From the NCBI GenBank assembly GCA_963931085.1, contig OZ006973.1, forward strand, positions 1,414,009-1,478,008: 64,000 nucleotides of DNA, given 5' to 3'. Shown here in pieces: positions 29,896 to 40,504 of this stretch. Under the pieces are notes generated by a model. That model did not search any database and was not told where the DNA came from. It was given only the letters and a program-made list of their open reading frames with translations. Within the stretch, counting starts at the first letter, position 1. Every line of letters starts with the position of its first letter. Source of the stretch: an uncultured Clostridia bacterium (GTDB taxonomy: Bacteria > Bacillota > Clostridia > TANB77 > CAG-508). The translations under genes and the position numbers were made by a program.

Positions 29896-30966
29896 GTGAA
29901 AAACCAAAATAGAATTTCAAGAATTAATAATTTATATACTAAAATAATTTTAGAATCAAAAGATTTATCACCAGAATATTATATAAATTTAAGAAAAAGT
30001 TTAATCTTAGAAAAGCTTACTGGTATGCTTACATCTGAAGTAAATTTTGAATCACCTGATAAATCTTATTACACATTTGAATATGAAGATTTTAAAATTA
30101 TTCACTCAATTCTAACTTCTGATAAAAGTATACAAAATGGAATTGATTATATTTATGGTATGGTACCATTTTTTTCAGAAAAAGATAATAAAAAAATAAT
30201 GATTACTAGATTAACTATAAAAATTGGAATTGATCAATATTTATACATTTCTTGTGATCAAAAAAGAAATATAACTCCTGAAATTATATTTTTTGATGAC
30301 TCTTCTAATAATGAAATTACATCTTTAGATAAATATGAAAATAAATTTTCTGATTCATTAAATTGGAAAGAAATAAAAAATGATGAAATAATTATAAAAT
30401 TATCACCAAGACCTTCTAAAATATTAAATATTCTAAATTATTTAGGAGATTCAATAAATGATTCATTATTAAAATTAGAAGATTCAAATATAAAAGAAAA
30501 TGATACTAATGATTCTGGATATTCTTTTAGAAAATTCTTTAAAGATACTAATAAGCCTATTTCAGATGAAATTCCAAATTCAATATTTACAGAACCTAGA
30601 CCAACTATTAAGTGTAAAGATGGATTTAAACTATCTGTACAGGCATCTGCATATAATTCTTGTTATCCAAAACTAACAGGACTTGACATTTATAAATCTT
30701 TTGAAGTTTTATCTAAAAAAGAAATAGAAGAATTTACTTTATACTTATCTAATAAATATTATTTAGGATCTTCAAATATAACAAATAAAATTAAACAATA
30801 TGATTATGTTCCTTTAAATGTTTTAGAAGATTTTATAGAAAGTCATGGTGGTATTGATAAAGATGCAACAATGGAATCTTATGAAAAAAATAGACCATCT
30901 GATTTAAAAAGATTATCTTATGCAAAAAAAGTTATGGAACATAGTATTAAGAAAAACATTATCTAG
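29896..30966 (+). CDS. Hypothetical protein
   Basis: 356-aa ORF with no recognisable family. One of a + strand pair embedded in a minus-strand region. Confidence 0.45.
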   Translation: MKNQNRISRINNLYTKIILESKDLSPEYYINLRKSLILEKLTGMLTSEVNFESPDKSYYTFEYEDFKIIHSILTSDKSIQNGIDYIYGMVPFFSEKDNKKIMITRLTIKIGIDQYLYISCDQKRNITPEIIFFDDSSNNEITSLDKYENKFSDSLNWKEIKNDEIIIKLSPRPSKILNILNYLGDSINDSLLKLEDSNIKENDTNDSGYSFRKFFKDTNKPISDEIPNSIFTEPRPTIKCKDGFKLSVQASAYNSCYPKLTGLDIYKSFEVLSKKEIEEFTLYLSNKYYLGSSNITNKIKQYDYVPLNVLEDFIESHGGIDKDATMESYEKNRPSDLKRLSYAKKVMEHSIKKNII

Positions 30967-31299
30967 TTGAAAGGAGCTATTATGATAAACACAGAAGAAA
31001 AAAGTTTACTTGTAATTGAATCAAATAATATTAATTTTTTAATAAAAATTAAAAACTTCTTGACTCATCTATTCTCAAAACAAGATGTTTTAGCAGAAAA
31101 AATTGAAGTTAAAGATGAACTAGCAAGCTCCTTTGAAAACACTTATGGTGATAAAACAATCGAACAAATTCAAGTATTATTTGAAAATGGTCAGATTAAA
31201 GAAAGTGAATTACCTAGTGAAAAATTAGAAGAACTTAAATCTTTATATGTAAGTCAATTAATTCAAATAGATGAAGATTCAATAAAATATAAAAATTAA
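30967..31299 (+). CDS. Hypothetical acidic protein
   Basis: 110 aa. Start overlaps the upstream stop, suggesting translational coupling with 29896..30966. Confidence 0.4.
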   Translation: MKGAIMINTEEKSLLVIESNNINFLIKIKNFLTHLFSKQDVLAEKIEVKDELASSFENTYGDKTIEQIQVLFENGQIKESELPSEKLEELKSLYVSQLIQIDEDSIKYKN

Positions 31300-31307
31300 C
31301 ACTTTAA

Positions 31308-31345
31308 AATTAATAATTAATAATTAATTATTAATTATTAATTAA
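31308..31345. repeat. Perfect ~36-bp AT-only palindrome between convergent genes
   Basis: AATTAATAATTAATAATTAATTATTAATTATTAATT equals its own reverse complement. Confidence 0.7.
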
Positions 31346-31424
31346 TTTAAAAAATATAATAATACTACTAAAAAATAAAAGGAATATATTTTTAATACAT
31401 ATATTCCTTTTATTTATGTACTTT

Positions 31425-32177
31425 CTACATATTTTTCTCTTTTAATTCTTTTTCTGCATTCTTATAATCAGGCATATAATTTGAAACTAAAGCCCAAAAC
31501 TTTTTAGAATGATTCATTTGTTTTAAATGACATAATTCATGAAGACATACATAATCTATAGCTCTTCTTGAATATTTTACAAGTTCATTATTTAAGCTAA
31601 TTACTTTCTTAGAAGAACAATTTCCCCATGCCCTTTTAAAATTTCTAATTTTAAAACTTTCAGGAATAAACCCTGTCTTTTTAATTAGTTTCTCCATTGA
31701 AAAACTAATTTCTTTATCAGCTAAGTTCGAATAATATTTATAAACTAAATTCTTAACCTTACTTTTCTCTCTTTCTTTATCATAACTTTTGTTTTTTAAA
31801 TAAGTATTTCTCAAATGTATTTCTAAAATATTAGACTCATCATCTCTTATTAATATATCTTCTTTTATAGAATCATAACTAATATTTAAAATATATTTAT
31901 CACCTAAAATTTGAAAAATGTCTCCATCTGCATAATTTAGCTCTTTTATTTCCTTTTTAGGATATTTTTTTAGATTATTATATATCCATCTCGATTTTTC
32001 AGTTACTACCTTTTCTATTTCTTCATCTGATATTCTACTAGGAACTCTTACTTCTAGTTCTCCATTTTCAATATGCAAATAAATTCTTTTTCTCTTTCCT
32101 CTATTTACTTTATATTCAATTTTTTCATCCTTATAAATTAGTGTTTTTGTTAAAACTTTATTATTCATTAATCTCAA
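31425..32177 (-). CDS. YgjP/DUF45-like zinc metallohydrolase (SprT/M48-like fold)
   Basis: HELCHLKQMNHSKKFW HExxH-type motif near the C-terminus. 250 aa. Confidence 0.65.
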   Translation of the reverse strand: MRLMNNKVLTKTLIYKDEKIEYKVNRGKRKRIYLHIENGELEVRVPSRISDEEIEKVVTEKSRWIYNNLKKYPKKEIKELNYADGDIFQILGDKYILNISYDSIKEDILIRDDESNILEIHLRNTYLKNKSYDKEREKSKVKNLVYKYYSNLADKEISFSMEKLIKKTGFIPESFKIRNFKRAWGNCSSKKVISLNNELVKYSRRAIDYVCLHELCHLKQMNHSKKFWALVSNYMPDYKNAEKELKEKNM

Positions 32178-33339
32178 AACCTTCTATATGATATCCACAT
32201 TCTTTCAAGAAGAAGTTATCAGTTTGTCCTGCAATGTAATCAATAACAATTCTTCTTATATCTGTACTATTCAAATATTCTTCTGATTTACTATTTAAAA
32301 ATTCAAAAAATACTAAATCTGAATTTGTCATATCATCAGATAGCTCTATACCTTTTTTATAGTCTATAGCCTTTAATTTTTCTAAATATATATCAAACAA
32401 TTTATTAAAGCAAACTTCAAGTAAATCTTCATTTAAAGTTGCTTCTTTTGAATTATAAATATGTAGAGCACTCCATTTTTTTAATTTCATTAATGCATCA
32501 AACACTTCTTTAGAAAAACATAAATAATCTCTATCATAACTATTTTCAATTATATCTAATATTAAAGTATTTACAATTTCAGAATTGTTATTTCCTAAAA
32601 CTCTTACTATATCTGAAGGAATATCTATTCTATTTATACTACCTACTACTATTGCATCTTCAATATCTCTTCCTATATATGCAATAATATCTGAAATTCT
32701 TACAGCACATCCTTCTAAAGTCATTGGAACTATTTTTTTACTATAATTTTCTATGTTCATAACTCTATTTACTTCGTTTTTTAGATCCTCTTTTGTTTTT
32801 GTCTTATCTGGTTCATATTTATTTAATAAAATCTCACCATTGTGTGCTAAAATTCCATCTAATGTTTGGACTGTTATAATTAATCCCTCTAAATCATTTA
32901 ATACTCTAACACTTTGAGCATTATGGCAAAAATATCCTATATGTTCCCTTCTGCAAATATTATCTAAAAATCTTTCACCTTTATGTCCAAAAGGAGAATG
33001 TCCAACATCATGTCCAAGTGCGATTGCTTCAATTAAATCTTCATTTAATCGAAGTGCTCTTCCAATAGTTCTTGCTATTTTTGATACTAACTGTACATGT
33101 AAAACTCTATGAGTTATATGATCATTATCAACAAAAGAATAAACTTGTGTTTTATCAATATACCTAGTATAACTTAGTGAATGTATAATTCTATCTATAT
33201 CTCGAAAATATGCTGGTCTTATATCTATTTTATCTTCTTTAAATTTAATAGCATCTTTTGATTTACTTGCTCTTTCAGATAATATAGATTCATTTTCTGT
33301 CATATTTTTCATAACTTTTTCTAATATACTTTTATCCAT
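32161..33339 (-). CDS. HD-domain dNTP triphosphohydrolase (dGTPase-like)
   Basis: HDVGHSPFGH HD motif. dGTPase family architecture. 392 aa. Overlaps the downstream gene by 17 nt. Confidence 0.8.
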   Translation of the reverse strand: MDKSILEKVMKNMTENESILSERASKSKDAIKFKEDKIDIRPAYFRDIDRIIHSLSYTRYIDKTQVYSFVDNDHITHRVLHVQLVSKIARTIGRALRLNEDLIEAIALGHDVGHSPFGHKGERFLDNICRREHIGYFCHNAQSVRVLNDLEGLIITVQTLDGILAHNGEILLNKYEPDKTKTKEDLKNEVNRVMNIENYSKKIVPMTLEGCAVRISDIIAYIGRDIEDAIVVGSINRIDIPSDIVRVLGNNNSEIVNTLILDIIENSYDRDYLCFSKEVFDALMKLKKWSALHIYNSKEATLNEDLLEVCFNKLFDIYLEKLKAIDYKKGIELSDDMTNSDLVFFEFLNSKSEEYLNSTDIRRIVIDYIAGQTDNFFLKECGYHIEGFEINE

Positions 33340-33342
33340 ATC

Positions 33343-33822
33343 TTAATCCTCATCTATCTTATTTCTATTTTCATCTTCAATATCTTCAATACTATCTACT
33401 GATTTTCTAAAATCTACGATTTCTGATGATTCTACAATTAAAATATCCTCATCTACTTTTCCTGTCTTATATTTATCATCTATTTCAACTGTATACATAT
33501 TTTCAGTAATATCTACTAATGTTCCTGTCCTGCCATCTTTCATTTTTACTTTATCATTTTCTTCTATATAACTTTCTATTCCTGGTTTTTCTGGATTTTC
33601 TGCATCTTCTAAATCTACTAATAAATCAATTAAATCTTCATATTCTTCACCAAGACTAGTTACTTCATCATCTTCGTCAATACAATATAGATTTAAATAT
33701 TCTAATAATCTTTGTTCTATATTATAAAGTTCATCTAAATTATAATCTTTATTCTCTAGATTTATATCAGCTTTTTTGCACAATTTAATTTGATGCTCAT
33801 TTAAACTATTTAATAATTTCAT
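33343..33822 (-). CDS. Hypothetical acidic protein
   Basis: 159 aa, very D/E-rich. No family recognised. Confidence 0.4.
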   Translation of the reverse strand: MKLLNSLNEHQIKLCKKADINLENKDYNLDELYNIEQRLLEYLNLYCIDEDDEVTSLGEEYEDLIDLLVDLEDAENPEKPGIESYIEENDKVKMKDGRTGTLVDITENMYTVEIDDKYKTGKVDEDILIVESSEIVDFRKSVDSIEDIEDENRNKIDED

Positions 33823-34071
33823 AAAATCAACCCTTTTTTATTAATTTCTTAGCTACTTTTTTTCCTTTTGTTTTATCATTTTAGCACACATTATTAAATA
33901 TTTAAATATAAATTTATATAAAAATATTCATATAAAAAATATTTTATAAATACTATTTTTTATAAATACTATTTTTTATAAATATATCTTATAAAAATAT
34001 AATAGAAAAAGGAGACTTATAAAATTAAGTCTCCTTTTTCTGTAGTATAGTTATTTCCTCTACGAAAAGTA

Positions 34072-34500
34072 TTATTCAATTTCAATTGTTCTCTTTTTGT
34101 CGATTTTTTCTGGTTCATTTTTTGGAAATTCCAAACATAATGTTCCATTATTAAATGAAGCTTTTATTTCATCTTCATTTACGTCTTCGCCTACATAGAA
34201 GCTTCTTGAACATTTACCAACATAACGTTCTTTATGAATATATTTTTTAGTGCTTTCATCTTTATTTTCTTCTCTACTTGCTGTGATTGTTAAATATCCA
34301 TCTTCAACTTCTATTTGAATATCATTTTTATCGTATCCTGGTAAGTCCATCTTTAATTCGTATTTACCATCTTTTTCTACAATATCTGTTTTCATAGGTA
34401 AGTGCTCTTTTCTTGAATTTCTTCCTCCCTCAAAAAATGGATCATCAAACATGTCATCGAATAAACTCATTCCCCAATCTTTTCTTGGTATCATCATCAT
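34072..34500 (-). CDS. Hsp20/alpha-crystallin small heat-shock protein
   Basis: Alpha-crystallin domain (DIVEKDGKYELKMDLPGYDKNDIQIEVEDGYLTI...GTLCLEFPK). Start moved to MMMIPRK at 34500, preceded by AAAGGAGGA. Confidence 0.85.
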   Translation of the reverse strand: MMMIPRKDWGMSLFDDMFDDPFFEGGRNSRKEHLPMKTDIVEKDGKYELKMDLPGYDKNDIQIEVEDGYLTITASREENKDESTKKYIHKERYVGKCSRSFYVGEDVNEDEIKASFNNGTLCLEFPKNEPEKIDKKRTIEIE

Positions 34501-34606
34501 AAAAATTCCTCCTTTAATGTGTTGACACCTTTTTTTAGGTAGCACATATATAAAAATTTATTTGTATCTAGAAAAGATCTTTTATCTCTTTTCTTTTTAC
34601 ATCCTT

Positions 34607-34635
34607 ATTATATATCGTTATTTTAGCAATGTCAA
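34607..34635 (-). promoter_or_regulatory. Consensus sigmaA promoter upstream of hsp20
   Basis: Minus strand reads TTGACA-N17-TATAAT. An adjacent TTAGCACTC is only one half of a CIRCE element. Confidence 0.5.
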
Positions 34636-34944
34636 TAGTAGAGTGCTAATTTTTTAAAAAATTTTTTAACCTTCTAATTTTCTAATCTTAAACCTTTTAT
34701 ATAAATCCTAAAACGCCTGCAATTTCTTTATTTCATTTATATTATAGTATTTCTAATTTTTAAAAAATAATTCAAAAAATAAGAATATTTAAATAAATTT
34801 TTTAAAATATTTAAATATTCTTTACTAATTATTTTTATATTTGTTTATTATTTTTTTATTTATTATTCTTTTTTAACTTTTATTTTTTAATTTTAATTTT
34901 TATTTCTTAACTTTTATTCTTTTTTTCAATGAATAAAACATTCT

Positions 34945-35478
34945 CTAAACTTTTTCTAGCTCCTTAACCATTTTTCTATTATATATGTACATATAAATAA
35001 CTGTTAATAGTAATAATAAAATAAATGGAATAGAATATAGTACATTCTGAGTTAGAGCATATATTATAAGAATTATTAGAAGCCACATAATATCTAAAAT
35101 AAAGTTTTTCCTTTTATTAATCTTTTTTTGAATTTCAAATTCTATTTTTATAAGTTGCAAATTAAATTCAAAATTTTTATTTAATTCATCATCTAATTTA
35201 ACTTTTTCGATAACCTCACTATCAAACTTCTTATTGGTCTCTTTATAAAAAAACCTTCTTCCTCTCTCTATTCTTCTTAGCTCATAAAACTTTCCCGGAA
35301 TTATATAATCTTCTTTAGTCTCTCCTCTTAAAATATCGTTATTTATATAGTATTTCATTCCATTTTTATTAACAAATAAAAAAACTATATCAGGATTAAT
35401 TGTCTTTCCAAAAAATCCATTGATAATAGCCTTTTCTTTTCCAACTAAATATACGATTCCGTTTACATCTTTTGACAT
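34945..35478 (-). CDS. Hypothetical protein with C-terminal TM helices
   Basis: 177-aa ORF with a hydrophobic C-terminal third. Confidence 0.45.
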   Translation of the reverse strand: MSKDVNGIVYLVGKEKAIINGFFGKTINPDIVFLFVNKNGMKYYINNDILRGETKEDYIIPGKFYELRRIERGRRFFYKETNKKFDSEVIEKVKLDDELNKNFEFNLQLIKIEFEIQKKINKRKNFILDIMWLLIILIIYALTQNVLYSIPFILLLLLTVIYMYIYNRKMVKELEKV

Positions 35479-35580
35479 AATAAACTTGAATTCCTTTCCA
35501 ATTATCTATATCATATACTATTATTTTAATAAAATCAATCTTTTTTTGTAAAAAGTTTACAAATATTATTTATCATATAA

Positions 35581-35610
35581 AAAAGCACTCTTATTTAAAA
35601 GAATGCTTTT
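35581..35610. terminator. Bidirectional terminator downstream of the ATPase gene
   Basis: AAAAGCACTCTT-N6-AAGAATGCTTTT hairpin (1 mismatch) flanked by A and T runs. Confidence 0.45.
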
Positions 35611-35711
35611 TCATATTTTATTTTTATTTATTTTTTTATATTTAATATTAATATTCTTTTATTTTAATATTAATATTATTTTATTTTCAATATTAATATA
35701 ATTTTTAATTA

Positions 35712-38378
35712 TTATGCTTTAGCTTCTTGTTTTTTTATTTTTCTTCTTTTAATAAACTTAACAAATTCAAGTATTGGTATAATTGCAAATGCAAGTAATG
35801 CTGCAACTAAAAGTTCAAACCAACTTATTGGTGTCATTCCAAATAATTTTACAAAGAAAGGAACTTCTGTAACAGCGATTGTTACACCTACTACCATGAT
35901 AAATGCACCAAATAACCAACCATTTCTCTGTTTATTCTTAAATATTGATTCTGTCCTAGATCTCATACAAAGTGCATAAGATATTTCAATAAAGTTTAAT
36001 GTAATAAATGCCATTGACATACCATCTGGTGAATTTGATAAATCAATATATCCATGTTCTATATATTGTCCTATAAAGAAAGCTAAAATAACTAAAAATC
36101 CCATAATAAATGCATGTATTGCAATTTCTTTTCCAACACCATTTGAAAATAAAGTTTCATTAGATGGTCTTGGTTTTCTCTTCATTATATCTTTTTCAGG
36201 TTTTTCCATTCCAAGAGCAAGTCCTGGAATACAATCTGTAACCATATTAATCCATAATAAATGTGCAGGAGTTAATATTGTAAATCCAAATAATGATGAT
36301 ATAAATACAGCAACAACCTCTGCCATATTACTTGAAAGTTGGAATTGAATAACTTTCTTAACATTATCATATATTTTTCTACCTTCTTCTACTGCATTTA
36401 CTATAGTCGCAAAGTTATCATCAGCTAAAACCATATCAGATGCACCTTTAGTAACGTCTGTTCCTGTAATACCCATACTAATACCAACATCTGCTGTTTT
36501 TATTGATGGAGCGTCATTTACACCATCACCTGTCATAGCTGTAATTAATTTTTGTGATTGAAGAGCTTTTACTATACGTGTTTTATGTTCTGGTTGAACT
36601 CTAGCAAATACAGAACAATTTTTAACTACTTCTACTAATTCTTCATCTGATAAATCATTAATTTCTTCTCCAGTCTTTGCTTGAGATGCATTTTCTATTA
36701 TTTTTAAATCTTTTGCTATTGCAACTGCAGTATCTTTATGATCACCTGTTATCATTATTGGTCTTATTCCAGCTGTTCTACATTTTTCTACTGCATCATA
36801 AACTTCTTCACGACAAGGATCTATCATACCAACAAATCCTATAAAAGTTAAATTATTTTCAAGCTTGTCAGCTTCCATTTCTGTTGGAGCTACATCATAC
36901 TCTTTATATGCAACTCCTAATACTCTTAATGCTTTATCTGCATATTCCTTATTTAATTTTTTAATATTTTCTATATCTTCTTTAGTAATATCTACTACTT
37001 TTCCATCTTTTAAATATTTTGTGCATATATTTAAAAGCATTTCACAAGCACCTTTAGTATATTGAATTATTTTTCCATCAACTTTATGAATTGTACTCAT
37101 AAGTTTTCTTCCTGAATCAAAAGGTACTTCACCAATACGAGGATATTTTTTATCAAGTTCATATTTAGGAAGTCCTATTGAATTTGCAAATTCAACTAAT
37201 GCATTTTCTGTAGGTTCTCCTAAAGCCTTGTCCTCTCCTTCTCTAATCACAGAATCAGAACAAAGAGCCATTGCTGTTGCAAGTAATTCTTTATCACATG
37301 AATAACTATCTACAACAGTCATCTTGTTTTGTGTTAAAGTTCCTGTTTTATCTGAGCATATTATTTGTGTACATCCTAATGCTTCTACCGCACTTAACTT
37401 TCTAATTAAAGCTTTTCTCTTAGACATAGCAGTAACACCAATTGAAAGTATAATTGTTACAACTGCTGGCATTCCTTCTGGAATAGCTGCAACTGCTAAA
37501 GATATAGCAATTAAAAATACATCTATTAAAGTTGCAATATCTACAGTTCCAGATGTAATATAAGCTCTTGCAAATCCTACTATAAATACTAATATACATA
37601 TTAAAATTACTAATTTAGTAAGCATCTTTGAAAGTTCTGTCATTTTTCTTTGAAGAGGTGTTTCTTCTTTTTGTGTTTGTTCTAGTGCACTTGCTATCTT
37701 TCCTATTTCTGTATTCATTCCAGTAGAAACTACAACACCTTTTCCTCTACCATATGCAACAGTACTTCCACTATATAACATATTTATTCTATCACCAAGT
37801 GGAATATCTTTTTGTGTTTTTCCAAGATTTAAAATGTTAGTCATTTTAGTAATAGGTACAGATTCACCAGTTAACACTGCTTCTTCTACTTTTAAACTAT
37901 GACTTTCTACTACTCTACAATCTGCAGATACCATGTCTCCAGCTTCAAATAGTACAACATCACCTACAACTAAATCTTCACTTTTTATAACAACTTCTTT
38001 TCCATCTCTTAAGACTTTTGAAGTTGCTGCTGTCATCTCTTTTAATGAATCAATCGCTTTTTCTGCTTTTGATTCTTGAAGAATACCTAAAATAGTATTA
38101 ACAACTACAACAAACAAAATGATAAAAACATCTGATATAGATTCATTTTGAGAAATTGAAACTACAGCAGAAATGATAGCTGTAATAATAAGCATTATAA
38201 TCATTGGATCAGATATTTGCTCTAATACCATTTGAAAAATAGTTGCTTTTTTAGCTTCATTTAATTTGTTTTTACCATTTTCCCCAAGTCTTTTTTCAGC
38301 CTCAGCTGAAGATAATCCATTTTCATTTGAATTAACTTCTTTAAAAACATCTTTAGTTTCTTCTAAATAACTTTTCAT
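35712..38378 (-). CDS. Calcium-translocating P-type ATPase (PMCA/SERCA-like)
   Basis: DKTGTLT phosphorylation motif, TGDGVNDAPS, about 10 TM helices, 888 aa. Confidence 0.9.
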   Translation of the reverse strand: MKSYLEETKDVFKEVNSNENGLSSAEAEKRLGENGKNKLNEAKKATIFQMVLEQISDPMIIMLIITAIISAVVSISQNESISDVFIILFVVVVNTILGILQESKAEKAIDSLKEMTAATSKVLRDGKEVVIKSEDLVVGDVVLFEAGDMVSADCRVVESHSLKVEEAVLTGESVPITKMTNILNLGKTQKDIPLGDRINMLYSGSTVAYGRGKGVVVSTGMNTEIGKIASALEQTQKEETPLQRKMTELSKMLTKLVILICILVFIVGFARAYITSGTVDIATLIDVFLIAISLAVAAIPEGMPAVVTIILSIGVTAMSKRKALIRKLSAVEALGCTQIICSDKTGTLTQNKMTVVDSYSCDKELLATAMALCSDSVIREGEDKALGEPTENALVEFANSIGLPKYELDKKYPRIGEVPFDSGRKLMSTIHKVDGKIIQYTKGACEMLLNICTKYLKDGKVVDITKEDIENIKKLNKEYADKALRVLGVAYKEYDVAPTEMEADKLENNLTFIGFVGMIDPCREEVYDAVEKCRTAGIRPIMITGDHKDTAVAIAKDLKIIENASQAKTGEEINDLSDEELVEVVKNCSVFARVQPEHKTRIVKALQSQKLITAMTGDGVNDAPSIKTADVGISMGITGTDVTKGASDMVLADDNFATIVNAVEEGRKIYDNVKKVIQFQLSSNMAEVVAVFISSLFGFTILTPAHLLWINMVTDCIPGLALGMEKPEKDIMKRKPRPSNETLFSNGVGKEIAIHAFIMGFLVILAFFIGQYIEHGYIDLSNSPDGMSMAFITLNFIEISYALCMRSRTESIFKNKQRNGWLFGAFIMVVGVTIAVTEVPFFVKLFGMTPISWFELLVAALLAFAIIPILEFVKFIKRRKIKKQEAKA

Positions 38379-38491
38379 GTCTTTTTTCCTTTCTTAAATT
38401 TTATATATTTAAAAAAATTATAAACTAATATTATTAAATTTACTAATAACACTTAAAACATAATAATTATATATTAAGTATTACTCTATAA

Positions 38492-39058
38492 TCAACTAAT
38501 TATATTTAAATGTTCTAGTAAAATTCTAAGACCAATTAAAATTAAAATAATTCCTCCTAATATCTCTGCCTTTTTTTCGAATTTACAACCACATATATTT
38601 CCTATTCTAACACCTATTATAGACATTATAAAAGTTACAACTATAATAACTAAACTAGCAATAATAATATTTACATTCATTATTGCAAATGTAATTCCAA
38701 TAATCAAAGCATCTATACTAGTTGCAATTCCAAGAATAGATAAATTCTTAAAATCTAATTTATCATCTACTTCTTCTTTTTCTCCTTTTTCAAAAGCTTC
38801 TCTTATCATGTTTATTCCTATTATTCCTAGCAAAATAAATGCAAGCCAATGATCTACATTTGAAATAATATCTTTAAATGTCTGTCCCAGCAAGAATCCT
38901 ATAACAGGCATTAATCCTTGGAATATTCCAAAAGCTAATCCAATCTTTATATATGTTTTAACTTCTATGTTTTTTAAAGTTAAACCTTTACATATTGAAA
39001 CAGAAAAAGAATCCATTCCAAGTCCAAGTGCTATAATAAATAATTCTATAAATAGCAT
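38492..39058 (-). CDS. mntP: Manganese efflux pump MntP
   Basis: 188 aa with the MntP/DUF204 duplicated topology. N-terminus MLFIELFIIALGLGMDSFSVS. Confidence 0.8.
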   Translation of the reverse strand: MLFIELFIIALGLGMDSFSVSICKGLTLKNIEVKTYIKIGLAFGIFQGLMPVIGFLLGQTFKDIISNVDHWLAFILLGIIGINMIREAFEKGEKEEVDDKLDFKNLSILGIATSIDALIIGITFAIMNVNIIIASLVIIVVTFIMSIIGVRIGNICGCKFEKKAEILGGIILILIGLRILLEHLNIIS

Positions 39059-39320
39059 TTTAATCCTCTTTTCTTTTTTATTACATTATACTAACTATTA
39101 AAATAAAAATGCAATTTATTAAATTATCTAGTATATGGATTTGTACAAATCTGTATAAGATTATACAAAATTATATAAAATTATATAAGATTAATAAATT
39201 ATAAAAAATTATATAACTAATATTTTAGAAATTAAAAATTTATAAAAAACAAATAACTAATAAATAAAATATTAATTAATAATTTTTAATTATTTGGAAT
39301 ATAAATATATCAAAATATCA

Positions 39321-39354
39321 AAAAAGACTTATCTGCCAAATTAGCAGATAAGTC
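39321..39354 (-). terminator. Rho-independent terminator
   Basis: Perfect 11-bp stem GACTTATCTGC-N7-GCAGATAAGTC, followed by a T-run on the minus strand. Confidence 0.55.
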
Positions 39355-39564
39355 TCATTGTTTAAAATTATCCAGACTATTAGCCGGTTGTTGGAATCAT
39401 TACATAATAATTATGCCAATTACTCCCTTATCTATTATAAAAAATATATATCATCAATTTTAAAATGTCAAGAAAAAATAATAGAAGAAAAACTCCTATT
39501 ATTTTTTTATGATTTTATTTCAACAATTATTTTTTTAATATTACATTGCATTAAAAAAATCATA

Positions 39565-39900
39565 TTAAAGGTTTGTAGAGCCATTATTAAAGTTTTGTTC
39601 TGCATTATTTAAATAATTTAAAAATTCATTATCAATAGAATTTTCTCCTTCTTTAACAACTCTCATATCTACTTGTGGATTAGCACCAGAAGAAATAAAT
39701 GAATATGCAGCATCTATTCCACTTAATTTTTCATTTGCTGAAATCTTTACTAACTGCCCATTATGATTTGCATATGTGGCTGTCTCCTGTGAGTTTTTAT
39801 CAATTACTTCAACTTCTCCTCTACTAGCAAGACATTTCTTAAAATACTGTAAATCTTTATTACACATATCGCAATCACTCTCCTTTATTTGGTTTTCCAA
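39565..39900 (-). CDS. Hypothetical protein
   Basis: 111-aa ORF, last gene of a three-gene minus-strand block. No family recognised. Confidence 0.4.
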   Translation of the reverse strand: MENQIKESDCDMCNKDLQYFKKCLASRGEVEVIDKNSQETATYANHNGQLVKISANEKLSGIDAAYSFISSGANPQVDMRVVKEGENSIDNEFLNYLNNAEQNFNNGSTNL

Positions 39901-40026
39901 TGCATTTTTCTACATTTCCTGTAATTATATATTGAAAATACAAAATTATCAAGTTTTTCATATGTTTTTTCACAATTTTTTCACAATTTTTTTCACATAT
40001 TCTTCACATGTTTATAAATTTTTTCA

Positions 40027-40503
40027 CTACTTTTTATTGAAAAAGCTCTTAATTTTATTAATCATTTTACTTATAAAACTTTCTTTATATTCTGTAGGAA
40101 GAATTTTATTATTAGTATCATTATTTTTATTATCTATTTTTGAATCAATATTTCTGCTGGTATTATTAATAGAATCATCAAATATATCATCATATTTATA
40201 CTTTTTAGCCTTTTCATCATTTACTAATTTATCATTATAATTTAATATTTTTTCAAGTTTAACTTTTTGTACATTTGATAAAAAATATTCATTAATTAAA
40301 TATGTTAATATTATTTTTGTTTCTTTTAATATATTTTGATTTTCAAAAGGAATATTTATATCATAAGAAAACTCATAATTCTTATCTTTATTTTTATTAA
40401 TTTCTAATATTTTATCTTGAGGAATCTTTAAATATTCTTTAGCTGGAATATATTTTAAAATTTCAAGTACCTCTACATAAGCTTTTGGGTATACATCTTC
40501 CAT
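40027..40503 (-). CDS. Hypothetical protein, translationally coupled to the upstream gene
   Basis: Start MEDVYPK at 40503. The RBS AAAGGAG sits inside the end of 40505..41506. The stop and start are spaced TAA-T-ATG. Confidence 0.45.
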   Translation of the reverse strand: MEDVYPKAYVEVLEILKYIPAKEYLKIPQDKILEINKNKDKNYEFSYDINIPFENQNILKETKIILTYLINEYFLSNVQKVKLEKILNYNDKLVNDEKAKKYKYDDIFDDSINNTSRNIDSKIDNKNNDTNNKILPTEYKESFISKMINKIKSFFNKK

Positions 40504-40504
40504 A

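Noticed and set aside
34637-34646. CIRCE (HrcA) operator at the hsp20 promoter
   Set aside because: Only one half-site (TTAGCACTC) is present. The inverted partner 9 bp away is missing.
39059-39360. yybP-ykoY manganese riboswitch upstream of mntP
   Set aside because: The 300-bp leader is almost pure A/T. It has no conserved GC-rich riboswitch core segments, only a terminator hairpin belonging to the upstream gene.
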